Below are positions 18,627-26,860 of a stretch of DNA of 48,408 bases, piece after piece. The translations under genes and the position numbers were made by a program. The first letter of the stretch is position 1. Every line of letters starts with the position of its first letter. Origin of the DNA: a virus; the IMG/VR virus record IMGVR_UViG_3300046615_000032; one strand, written 5' to 3'. The notes under the pieces were generated by a model that was not told the DNA's origin, searched no databases, and saw only the letters and a list, made by a program, of their open reading frames with translations.

Positions 18627-19055
18627 ATGCCGTACCGCAGGGCACTGCCCGCATGGAACAGGAAGCTGGGAGACCCGAGGAGCTTCACCACTCGGGATGG
18701 AGCCATCCACTTCCACTTCGACCTGGAGGCGTTCGACTTCCACATCGTCGCCTCGCCGGGCTACAAGCCCGAGGTCATGGGCCACGTCCTGAACCAGCTC
18801 ACGGGCTGGGGCCTGGAGCTCATGGAGTACGACGAGTGTGACGTCGAGCTCCTGGAGCACGGACTGGTGCGGATCTACCTCACCCCGATCATCCCCGCCC
18901 AGCAGGCGGAGGACGACATGGTCGAGGAGTTCCGGAGAGAGCTCGACGCGCTGACAGAGATCACTGACACACAGACTCTGGAGGCGACACAGCTTGGCCC
19001 TGAACTTCATGGAGATCCCGAACCAGGCGCACCCGAACAACTCGGTGCCGCGTGA
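18627..19055 (+). CDS. Hypothetical protein
   Basis: ATG preceded by a GGAGGAGG SD. Upstream of this ATG the track ORF lies in low-GC non-coding sequence. Confidence 0.6.
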   Translation: MPYRRALPAWNRKLGDPRSFTTRDGAIHFHFDLEAFDFHIVASPGYKPEVMGHVLNQLTGWGLELMEYDECDVELLEHGLVRIYLTPIIPAQQAEDDMVEEFRRELDALTEITDTQTLEATQLGPELHGDPEPGAPEQLGAA

Positions 19056-19962
19056 CGGTTGGGACCGTCCGCTCATCGTGCCGAAGGCTGGCGGCAAGCC
19101 GGTCGGGCACACCAGGACGACGACGTTCATCGACTGCATCGAGGACAAGTCGAGCCTGACGACGTGGGGCAAGCGCATGACGCTTGTGGGTGCGGCGAAG
19201 AAGCCGTCCCTCCTGGACGCAGTAGCGGGCCTGGACCCGAACGACAAGGAAGACAAGAAGAAGCTCGACGCTCTCGCCGAGCGTGCCGTGGATGTCAGCG
19301 GCGCGAACGACAAGCGGGAGAAGGGCACTCACCTGCACACGCTCTCCGAGTACGTGGACGCGGGCAAGCCGCTCCCCTTCGGCACGCCGCAGAAGGACGT
19401 CGAGGACATGATGGCCTACATGATGGCCACCTCGGTGCTCACGGTTCACGCCGTCGAGCAGTTCGTCGTGGTCAACGAGCTCAACGTCGGTGGCACCTTC
19501 GACCGCACGTACGAGTACGAGGGGCCTGGGCCTGACGGCAAGCCGATCTCGGGCCTGTTCATCGGCGACCTGAAGACAGGGTCGGTGGAGTACGGCGCGC
19601 TGAAGATGGCGAGCCAGCTCGCGATCTACTCGCGAGGAGAGAAGTACGACCACACGAAGTTCCCCGTGGACCACCAGGACAAGAAGGCCCTGGCCGCGTG
19701 GAAGAAGGTGGCGGTCGACGCAGCCGAGGCGGAGAAGGCGTACAGCCCGCTCCCCCCGGTGAACCAGGACTGGGGCATCATCGTCCACCTGCCTGCGGGC
19801 ACGGGCGAGTGCACCCTGTACTGGGTGGACCTGAACATCGGCTGGGCACTGGCCCAGCTCGCGCTTCAGATCCGCAAGGCACGAAGCACCCGAGGTGCGA
19901 TGAAGCCGTTCGTGACGCAGGCCACCGCGAACGAGGTTGCTTCTTCCGCCGCGAGTGTGTAA
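18994..19962 (+). CDS. PD-(D/E)XK (Cas4/RecB-like) exonuclease
   Basis: GTFDRT ... IGDLKTG ... QLAIYSRG nuclease motifs. TTG start after a GGAGG SD. Confidence 0.7.
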   Translation: MALNFMEIPNQAHPNNSVPRDGWDRPLIVPKAGGKPVGHTRTTTFIDCIEDKSSLTTWGKRMTLVGAAKKPSLLDAVAGLDPNDKEDKKKLDALAERAVDVSGANDKREKGTHLHTLSEYVDAGKPLPFGTPQKDVEDMMAYMMATSVLTVHAVEQFVVVNELNVGGTFDRTYEYEGPGPDGKPISGLFIGDLKTGSVEYGALKMASQLAIYSRGEKYDHTKFPVDHQDKKALAAWKKVAVDAAEAEKAYSPLPPVNQDWGIIVHLPAGTGECTLYWVDLNIGWALAQLALQIRKARSTRGAMKPFVTQATANEVASSAASV

Positions 19963-19965
19963 CTT
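19937..19965 (+). promoter_or_regulatory. Promoter candidate TTGCTT-17-TAACTT
   Basis: The hexamers have an exact 17-nt spacer. The palindrome ACTTGGATCAAGT (19962-19974) overlaps the -10 and start region. Confidence 0.45.
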
Positions 19966-20026
19966 GGATCAAGTCAGGGCGACGCGGTAGCGACGAACTG
20001 GAGGCGCAAGTCGCCGGACCGGGAGG

Positions 20027-20055
20027 TTGACACCGACCCCCGGATCGTGTAACTT
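20027..20055 (+). promoter_or_regulatory. Promoter candidate TTGACA-17-TAACTT
   Basis: Consensus -35 hexamer with a 17-nt spacer. The palindrome CTTGTACCAAG (20053-20063) overlaps the -10 and start region. It lies 42 nt upstream of the GTG at 20097. Confidence 0.6.
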
Positions 20056-20096
20056 GTACCAAGACAGAGAGAGAACAGAGAGAGGAGCTACACCGC

Positions 20097-20579
20097 GTGA
20101 GGGAACTGACCGTCACCATCAAGTACGGCAAGGGCTACGAGGAGACCTGGGCGGTCTTCAAGGGCAGCCCGGACGAGGTCCGCGAGGACATCATCTCCTA
20201 CTTCGGCGTCATGCGTGACAGTGTGAGCGAGTTGACGCTGAGCGAGCTGGTCGTAGAGATGACCAGCCTGGCCCACGGGAAGGGCAACATCGCCCGCTTC
20301 CTTGGTGGCACGATCATCCCGCCCTCTGAGGCGGCGGCCCCCCCGGCCCCGGCACCGAGCGGTGACCCCTGGGCTGCGGCGCAGAGCTCGACCCCCGTCC
20401 ACACGGTCGCTGACAACCAGCAGGCCGAGGACCCCAACGCCTACATCCTGGGCGAGATCGAGAAGCAGACCGACGTCGCTTCGCTGAAGCGCCTCTGGGC
20501 TGAGAACCAGAGCTTCTTCTCCGACCCGTCCGTGATGGCTGCGTGGAAGGCGAAGGGCAAGGCCCTCAGCGCCGCGTAG
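20097..20579 (+). CDS. Hypothetical protein
   Basis: 160 aa, GAGAGAGGAG SD, good GC3. Confidence 0.75.
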   Translation: MRELTVTIKYGKGYEETWAVFKGSPDEVREDIISYFGVMRDSVSELTLSELVVEMTSLAHGKGNIARFLGGTIIPPSEAAAPPAPAPSGDPWAAAQSSTPVHTVADNQQAEDPNAYILGEIEKQTDVASLKRLWAENQSFFSDPSVMAAWKAKGKALSAA

Positions 20580-20645
20580 CAGGACCAGCACCACCCACCC
20601 CAACAGACACCGAGCATCGACTCACAGAACAAAGGAGACTTCACA

Positions 20646-21080
20646 GTGGCTCTCAACTTCATGGACATCCCCACGCAGGGCGGCGGCTGGTTCAAGCCGA
20701 AGGACAACGTCGACGCGGTCGCGATCCTCATCGAGGTCAAGCAGTTCGACCGTCAGCGTCCGACCCCGAACGGCCCGAAGGACTCGGTCCTCGCGGACGT
20801 CTCCGTCTTCAAGACGCAGGCCGACCTGGACGCTGGCCGTCCGGAGATCGCGAAGGGCCAGAGGATCGAGCAGACCGTCCTCGCCCGTGACCTGGAGGCG
20901 ATCGTCGGTGGCGCGACCATCGTGACCCTGGCCCAGATCCCGGCCAAGAAGCCGGGTGCCTACCCGGCGTGGGTGTGGCGTCAGGCTGAGCGCGCTGCTC
21001 AGCAGAAGGTCATCGACTACGCGACCAAGCGTGAGGCGGAGGTCAACGCGGCGCTCGACGCTGCGCCCGACTTCGACTGA
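20646..21080 (+). CDS. Hypothetical protein (ALNFMDIP N-terminus)
   Basis: 144 aa, AAAGGAGA SD. Confidence 0.75.
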   Translation: MALNFMDIPTQGGGWFKPKDNVDAVAILIEVKQFDRQRPTPNGPKDSVLADVSVFKTQADLDAGRPEIAKGQRIEQTVLARDLEAIVGGATIVTLAQIPAKKPGAYPAWVWRQAERAAQQKVIDYATKREAEVNAALDAAPDFD

Positions 21081-21152
21081 GGTGTGACAGTGTGACCCGT
21101 AGGGGGGCGTTCTTCGGAGCGTCCCCCTTGGGGCAGTGAGAGAGGAGGTCGA

Positions 21153-21557
21153 GTGAGACCTGAACGAGACGAGTGGGCGCTGAACATCGCTGATGAGGTG
21201 GCCACGATGGCGGACTGCACGCGGTCCCAGGTGGGCTGCGTCATCCTGAACAAGCGCAAGCGCATCCTGGGCGTGGGGTACAACGGACTCCCGCCCGGCA
21301 TCCCCGGCTGTGCGACGGCTGGCAACTGTCCCCGAGGTCGACTGACCCGCGACGAGTGTGCCCCCGACAGCGACTACGCGAACTGCGCGGCTGACCACGC
21401 CGAGCGCAACGCCATCCGAGACGCCCTGGACAAGGGTGTCCACCCCGACGAGCTGAAGGGCTCGACGGTGTACGTGACCCGCAAGCCGTGCCCGGCCTGC
21501 CAGACCCTGATCACCGCCGTTGGAGTCGAGCGTGTGATCGTGAGAGGAGACAAGTAG
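21153..21557 (+). CDS. dCMP (deoxycytidylate) deaminase
   Basis: HAERNAI and PCPAC zinc-binding motifs, 134 aa. Confidence 0.85.
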   Translation: MRPERDEWALNIADEVATMADCTRSQVGCVILNKRKRILGVGYNGLPPGIPGCATAGNCPRGRLTRDECAPDSDYANCAADHAERNAIRDALDKGVHPDELKGSTVYVTRKPCPACQTLITAVGVERVIVRGDK

Positions 21558-22444
21558 TGCTCACCCCTGGAAGGTCCCTGTCGCTTCACGCGGAGTCGGG
21601 ACGAGAGCTCCCCCGCGTCGAGGCGTTCGAGGCCCTGTACCAGAAGGGCGTGCGTCCTCGCCACGGCGAGGTCATCATGATCGCCGGTCGGTCCGGCACG
21701 CAGAAGTCCGGCTTCGCCCTGTTCTGGGTGGCGTCGATGAACCTGCCCTCCCTCTACTTCTCCGCCGACATGAGCGCCTTCACGGCGTCCTCGCGCCTCG
21801 CCTCGATGGCGACTGGCGACACGACCGAGATGGTCGAGGCTGGCATGGCGCAGGGCGGCAAGCACCGTCAGGGCTACATCGACGCGCTGTCCCACTCGAA
21901 CATCACCTTCTCCTTCGGATCTCCCATCACCTGGCGTGCCGTCGATGAGGAGTTGGAGGCGTACGTCGAGCTGTGGGACGCCTACCCCGAGGTGATCGTC
22001 TTCGACAACCTGATGGACTTCGAGGGTGCCGAGTCGGACTACACCGAGCAGATGGCGGTCATGTCCAACGCGACCGAGCTGGCCCGCGCTACCGGCGCGA
22101 CGGTGATCATCCTCCACCACGCGAGCGACAAGAGCTGGGAAGCCAAGAGCGACCCGTGGGCTCCCCCGTCCCGTGACCAGGTGAAGGGCGGTCTCTCCGA
22201 GAAGCCCGAGCTGTCCCTGACGGTGGCTCTCGACCCGACGTCGCTGGAGTACCGAGTCGCCTGCGTGAAGCAGCGCATGGGTCCGTGTGACCCGACCGCC
22301 CGGAGCTACGCCATGATGCGCTGCCACCCGGACGTGACCCGCTTCTCCAAGCTGGACGTCATGACCAAGCCGCAGGTGCAGGAGGCAGTGAAGGCTGCGG
22401 ACTGGTCGCCAACTCAGGCGCTCGAACGTCTGGGCCTGGGCTGA
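21557..22444 (+). CDS. DnaB-like / RecA-fold ATPase (replicative helicase-like)
   Basis: GTG at 21557 after a GAGAGGAGA SD. Walker A GRSGTQKS, Walker B VIVFDNLMD. Confidence 0.7.
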   Translation: MLTPGRSLSLHAESGRELPRVEAFEALYQKGVRPRHGEVIMIAGRSGTQKSGFALFWVASMNLPSLYFSADMSAFTASSRLASMATGDTTEMVEAGMAQGGKHRQGYIDALSHSNITFSFGSPITWRAVDEELEAYVELWDAYPEVIVFDNLMDFEGAESDYTEQMAVMSNATELARATGATVIILHHASDKSWEAKSDPWAPPSRDQVKGGLSEKPELSLTVALDPTSLEYRVACVKQRMGPCDPTARSYAMMRCHPDVTRFSKLDVMTKPQVQEAVKAADWSPTQALERLGLG

Positions 22445-22518
22445 CCGAGTGTGTTACTGTGTACGAAGACGGAGCAGGGGGCCGCAAGGTCCCCTCTCCT
22501 CGAAGGGAGTGTGAGAGT

Positions 22519-22884
22519 GTGAGCAACCCCGTCAGAAACAAGAAGAAGGGGGCCGAGTGGGAGAACGAGCTGAAGAACAAGTTCCGTGCCACCGGCTTCG
22601 ACATCGAGCACCTGCACCTGAACGGCAGTGAGGACGAGGGTGACCTGGTCATCCGGTCCTGGAACGGCAAGACCTGGGTCATCGAGGCGAAGAACGCGAA
22701 GATGGACCCCAACCAGTTCGTCAAGGAGATGGAGGCCGAGGTCGGCCACTACGCCTCCCATCGGGGACTGGACCCCGAGCTGGTCGACGGCGTCGTGATC
22801 GTGAAGGCGTACCGCAAGCCCTGGCGCAAGGCGTACGTGATCACCACGGTGGAGCGGTTCTTCGGTCTGGACGATGCCGCATGA
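22519..22884 (+). CDS. PD-(D/E)XK nuclease, Holliday-junction-resolvase-like
   Basis: GAEWENEL ... GSEDEGDL ... VIEAKN motifs. GTG after a GGGAG SD. Confidence 0.6.
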   Translation: MSNPVRNKKKGAEWENELKNKFRATGFDIEHLHLNGSEDEGDLVIRSWNGKTWVIEAKNAKMDPNQFVKEMEAEVGHYASHRGLDPELVDGVVIVKAYRKPWRKAYVITTVERFFGLDDAA

Positions 22885-22991
22885 GCGAGTTCGAGCAGGA
22901 GGTCGAGGCGTTCCTCGCCTTCCTCCTGGATGACGAGTCGGATCTCCCGACCATCCTCGCCGTCGAGGAGCGGTACGGGGTGGTCGTGTAG
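22881..22991 (+). CDS. Small acidic hypothetical protein (36 aa)
   Basis: Below the ORF-track cutoff. ATGA overlap upstream, stop abuts the next ATG, high GC3. Confidence 0.45.
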   Translation: MSEFEQEVEAFLAFLLDDESDLPTILAVEERYGVVV

Positions 22992-23429
22992 ATGGCCATC
23001 CAGTGGAGAGAGCCCAGCAAGCCGAAGGGCAGGAGCTGGGACAACGACGACGACACCAAGCCCGAGCTCTCGGCGGTGCTCGACCACTACGAGGTCGACT
23101 TCAACCCTGAGCGGGCGACCGGCATGGGCCACTGCCCACTGCACGACGACAACACACCCTCGATGTCCTACAACACGGACAAGGGGCTCTGGCGCTGCCA
23201 CTCCTGCGGAGAAGGCGGCGACAGTTACACGATGATCATGTTGAAGGAGGGGACAGACTTCCGTGGAGCACGAACCGTTGCAACCACTCTCGGCCTCCCA
23301 GAGGGAAGCTCTGGAAGAAGCGACGAGCAGCTACGAGGCAGCCGTTACGGCGGAAGCCGCAAGGTACCTGGTCGGTCGGGGGCTGGATCGAACGGCGGCG
23401 GTTACCAACCGCGTTGGCGTCGTAGCTGA
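22992..23429 (+). CDS. DNA primase, CHC2 zinc-finger part
   Basis: CPLHDDNTPS...WRCHSCGEGGD motif. The tail after about 23300 is Arg/Gly-rich and looks out of frame. Confidence 0.7.
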   Translation: MAIQWREPSKPKGRSWDNDDDTKPELSAVLDHYEVDFNPERATGMGHCPLHDDNTPSMSYNTDKGLWRCHSCGEGGDSYTMIMLKEGTDFRGARTVATTLGLPEGSSGRSDEQLRGSRYGGSRKVPGRSGAGSNGGGYQPRWRRS

Positions 23430-23928
23430 TCCGTTCCCTGGGCATGAGAGGTTCCGAGGCTTCCTCGCGATCCCCTACCTGGACCGGAACGGCAAGCCGC
23501 TCTCGATGCGCTTCCGCTGCATCCAGGAGCACAACCACCGGGACTTCGGTCACGGCAAGTACATGGGCATGAAGGACGAGCCGCCCCGGATGTTCAACGT
23601 CGGGGCCGTCCACCGGGCTGACACCGAGATCGCCGTGACCGAGGGCGAGTTCGACGCGATGGTCCTGAACATGATCGGCATCCCGGCTGTCGCCGTCCCT
23701 GGCGCACAGGGCTGGCGCAACCACTACCGACGGATGCTCGCTGGCTTCAACCGGGTCTGGGTCTTCGGTGACCCGGACGACGCTGGAGCCGAGCTCGTCG
23801 CCAAGATCACCCGCTCGCTGCGCTCCGCCAAGGGCGTGCGCCTGCGTGACGGCGACGTGACCGACACCTACCTGAAGCACGGGGCTGACGCCCTCTACGC
23901 ACTGATGAAGACGGAGGACTCGAAGTGA
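23263..23928 (+). CDS. DNA primase, TOPRIM part
   Basis: IAVTEGEFDAM ... VFGDPDDAG TOPRIM motifs, in the +1 frame relative to 22992. Confidence 0.75.
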   Translation: MEHEPLQPLSASQREALEEATSSYEAAVTAEAARYLVGRGLDRTAAVTNRVGVVADPFPGHERFRGFLAIPYLDRNGKPLSMRFRCIQEHNHRDFGHGKYMGMKDEPPRMFNVGAVHRADTEIAVTEGEFDAMVLNMIGIPAVAVPGAQGWRNHYRRMLAGFNRVWVFGDPDDAGAELVAKITRSLRSAKGVRLRDGDVTDTYLKHGADALYALMKTEDSK

Positions 23929-24269
23929 CCGAGGCGACCGAGACGAAGAAGACGACCCGCAAGGCCAACCCCCTCACCGCCATCCTGAACGAGGTCAAGG
24001 CCAAGGCCGAGACCGAGACGGCCATCCCCTTCGTGGGCGGCTACAACGGTGAGGGTGGCCAGGCGTACCACGCCCAGCAGGAGCACCGCTGGTCGACGGT
24101 CAACAAGTACCGCGAGGGTCGGGGCGTGCTCGGCTCGGACGGGCTCCTCCTGGAGGACGCTCACGCTGCGGGCGCTGCCACCACCGACGCCGACCGGCGC
24201 GAGGCGCTGATCCTCCTGGCCTCCCAGGCTGTGGCTGCCATCGCCCAGCTCGACCGAGGTGAGGGCTGA
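23925..24269 (+). CDS. Hypothetical protein
   Basis: 114 aa, GTGA overlap with the upstream gene. Confidence 0.7.
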   Translation: MTEATETKKTTRKANPLTAILNEVKAKAETETAIPFVGGYNGEGGQAYHAQQEHRWSTVNKYREGRGVLGSDGLLLEDAHAAGAATTDADRREALILLASQAVAAIAQLDRGEG

Positions 24270-24478
24270 TGCCCCTGCCGGGCACCGACCGGTTCCCGTC
24301 CATCGAGCAGATCTGGCAGAAGCTCAGCGACCGTGAGCGAGACCTGTTCTTCGACCACCTCTACGGAGGTACGTCAGCCGACTGGCTGGCCACCACGCTG
24401 CGCAAGTACGGACACGACGTGTCCGCCTCCACGATCCGCACCTACCGAAGGAGCCTGAACCGTGTCTCTGAAGGATGA
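24269..24478 (+). CDS. Small HTH DNA-binding protein
   Basis: 69 aa with a TSADWLATTLRKYGHDVSASTIRTY HTH-like segment. Confidence 0.55.
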   Translation: MPLPGTDRFPSIEQIWQKLSDRERDLFFDHLYGGTSADWLATTLRKYGHDVSASTIRTYRRSLNRVSEG

Positions 24479-25649
24479 GCTCCTGAAGAAGCCTGTCGGA
24501 CCGAGCGTCCCCGCCCGCAAGACCAACCCCGAGAAGGACTTCACCCGACAGATCGAGGTGACCGGCGACGTCGCTGCGGTGACGGTGCGGGGCCTGCCGG
24601 ACGAGGTGGACGAGAGCGCGGCTGCCGAGTACCTGCGCTCGAAGGGCGAGGACCCGGAGCTGTGGATCGCCACCGGCTTCCGCTCGGGCGAGTGGACCAT
24701 GGCGAACGGCGACGTCGGGGTGAGCAACCGCTACACCTTCAAGCGCCGCGACCCGCTGCTCGACTTCGAGCGCCCCTCCCTGGACGAGCTGATCGCAGCC
24801 GTTGACAACTACGTCCCCAGTGTGACAGTGTCGCAGACGGACGGGGAGTTCACCTTCATCGTCGCCATCGGCGACATGCAGTTCGGCAAGATCGACGGCG
24901 ACGGTGTCGAGGGAACGCTCGAACGGACCATCGACTGCCTGAACAAGGCGGCTGCTCTGCTGGAGCAGTACCGGCTCCGGTTCCCGATCGGCCACGTCCA
25001 CATCGCCTGGCTCGGTGACCACATCGAGGGCTTCGTCTCGCAGGGCGGGGCCAACACCTGGCGCACGGTGCTCACGCTGAACGAGCAGATCCGCCTGACC
25101 CGACGAGTGATGCTCCACGCGCTGCTCCTGTTCGCGCCGCTGGTCGCTCGTCTCACGATGGCTGCTGTACCTGGCAACCACGGTGAGGCTGTCCGGATCA
25201 ACGGCAAGGGCGTGACGCGGTACGACGACAGCCACGACACCGAGTCCCTGATCGCCGTGAAGGACGCGGCTGACCTGAGCCCCGAGCGGTTCGGTCACGT
25301 CGAGTTCTACGTGCCGGACACGGACGAGCTGAGCGTCGTAGTCGAGTGCTCGGGCACGGTCGTCGCCCACGTCCACGGTCACCAGTTCCGACCGGGCAAG
25401 CACTTCGACTACTGGAAGGGCCAGGCGTTCAACCGCGCCTCCGCCTTCCACCAGGCCGACCTGCTCCTGGCCGGTCACCTGCACCACGAACACGTCGACA
25501 CCGATGGGTTCCGCACCTTCATCCAGCCCCCGGCGATGGAGTCGGAGAGCACCTGGTGGAGGCACGCCAAGGGCACGACCGGTGCTCCTGGCCTGATCGT
25601 CGCCGTCACCAAGGACGGCAACACGAACCTGAAGGAGGTGGTCCGGTGA
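24462..25649 (+). CDS. Calcineurin-like metallophosphoesterase (Mre11/SbcD-like)
   Basis: GDMQFG, GDHIEG, PGNHGE, HGHQF and GHLHHEH motifs. Confidence 0.8.
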   Translation: MSLKDELLKKPVGPSVPARKTNPEKDFTRQIEVTGDVAAVTVRGLPDEVDESAAAEYLRSKGEDPELWIATGFRSGEWTMANGDVGVSNRYTFKRRDPLLDFERPSLDELIAAVDNYVPSVTVSQTDGEFTFIVAIGDMQFGKIDGDGVEGTLERTIDCLNKAAALLEQYRLRFPIGHVHIAWLGDHIEGFVSQGGANTWRTVLTLNEQIRLTRRVMLHALLLFAPLVARLTMAAVPGNHGEAVRINGKGVTRYDDSHDTESLIAVKDAADLSPERFGHVEFYVPDTDELSVVVECSGTVVAHVHGHQFRPGKHFDYWKGQAFNRASAFHQADLLLAGHLHHEHVDTDGFRTFIQPPAMESESTWWRHAKGTTGAPGLIVAVTKDGNTNLKEVVR

Positions 25650-25999
25650 AGCTCATCGAGATCCAGCCGAGCGACAACGTCGAGCCGCCTGCGGCTGACT
25701 GGTCCTGGTACGAGCCGGGCAACGAGATCGACCGCGTGATCAGCCGGGCTGCCCGGCACATCGCCAACAAGTACGACGACACCCGGACGACGGAGTACGA
25801 GGACGCCTACCAGGACGCGCTGGTCTTCGTGGCCACCCGCAAGAACCTGCGCTCCGCCTTCGGAGAGCCGGGCCTCCTGTACTCCCGGCTGGTGCAGGAC
25901 CTGACCGACAAGAACAAGCAGACCGCGACCAAGAGGACGCGCTCGAAGATGACGAGCTACGAGGACAACCTCGCGAAGCTCGAAGGACTGGGGGTCTGA
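25646..25999 (+). CDS. Sigma-factor region-2-like protein
   Basis: EYEDAYQDALVFVA...LLYSRLVQDLTD resembles ECF sigma region 2. It ends at TGA 25997-25999, in frame with the next ORF. Confidence 0.5.
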   Translation: MKLIEIQPSDNVEPPAADWSWYEPGNEIDRVISRAARHIANKYDDTRTTEYEDAYQDALVFVATRKNLRSAFGEPGLLYSRLVQDLTDKNKQTATKRTRSKMTSYEDNLAKLEGLGV

Positions 26000-26395
26000 G
26001 TGGGAGCTGCGTACGACAGGGCACTGGTCGAGAGTCTGCTGCCCGCTCACTTCGATCCGGCTGCGGCCTACGGAGTGAAGAACGAGACCGCGCCGGACGC
26101 GGACATGCCCAAGGTCAAGGCCAACCCCAAGCACGCGAACACCCTGTTCGCCCACCTCGCCGACATGAACGCGGCCTGGAGGTGGGCGGTCGCGGGCGGG
26201 CTGTCGTGGGAGGAGGCGCGAGCCACCCTCATGCGGTACGGCCTGGACTGGACGCTGGAGATGATCGCCCTCGGCGAGAACTGCAACAAGAGCACCGCAC
26301 AGCGACGGTGCGAGCGGGCGGTCGGGAAGATCACCGCCTACCTGAACCAGGACCGCTACGTGGACGGCTACGACACGAAGGAGGAAGCAGCGTGA
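26000..26395 (+). CDS. Sigma-factor region-4-like HTH protein
   Basis: LSWEEARATLMRYGLDWTLEMIALGENCNKSTAQRRCERAVGKI resembles sigma region 4. The GTG start directly follows the in-frame TGA. Confidence 0.5.
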   Translation: MGAAYDRALVESLLPAHFDPAAAYGVKNETAPDADMPKVKANPKHANTLFAHLADMNAAWRWAVAGGLSWEEARATLMRYGLDWTLEMIALGENCNKSTAQRRCERAVGKITAYLNQDRYVDGYDTKEEAA

Positions 26396-26763
26396 GCGAC
26401 ACCCCAGTGCCTGCCCCGGAGGGCATGAGCGAGGCAGCCATGGAGTTCTGGGAGGACAGCACCCAGACCTACTACCAGCGAGCTGAGGACGGGCTGGTCT
26501 ACTCCCGGCCCTACACCGAGAACGAGCTCGCCCGGTACGTGAAGGAGCGGCAGCTCGACGTCCTCGGGCAGGCAGCTCGGGAGGCGATCCCCTACCTGGA
26601 CGAGCGCATCGACAAGAGCCTGGCCTACCTGGCTCTCAGCGCGCCGTCGCCCGAGGAGACCGCAGCGCAGATCAAGGTGCTGTCCGACCTGGCTGCGTAC
26701 AACGCGGGCACCCTGAAGCGGATGATCCTCGTCCTCGGGGAGCTGACCGGACGCCCGGTGTGA
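26392..26763 (+). CDS. Hypothetical protein
   Basis: 123 aa, GTGA overlap with the upstream gene, GAGGAAG SD. Confidence 0.7.
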   Translation: MSDTPVPAPEGMSEAAMEFWEDSTQTYYQRAEDGLVYSRPYTENELARYVKERQLDVLGQAAREAIPYLDERIDKSLAYLALSAPSPEETAAQIKVLSDLAAYNAGTLKRMILVLGELTGRPV

Positions 26764-26860
26764 CAGTGGTACAGTGTGCAAGTGCGGCAGGCGGCAGTCC
26801 TTCGGGGCTGTCGCCTTGCGGCAGTGAGAGAACAGACGAACTTCAAGGAGGACCCACTCA

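Noticed and set aside
25997-25999. The in-frame TGA in the sigma-like frame, considered as a selenocysteine codon.
   Set aside because: I could see no SECIS-like hairpin immediately downstream, and a GTG start follows directly. Read-through, a split protein or an error are more economical explanations and are kept in the finding.
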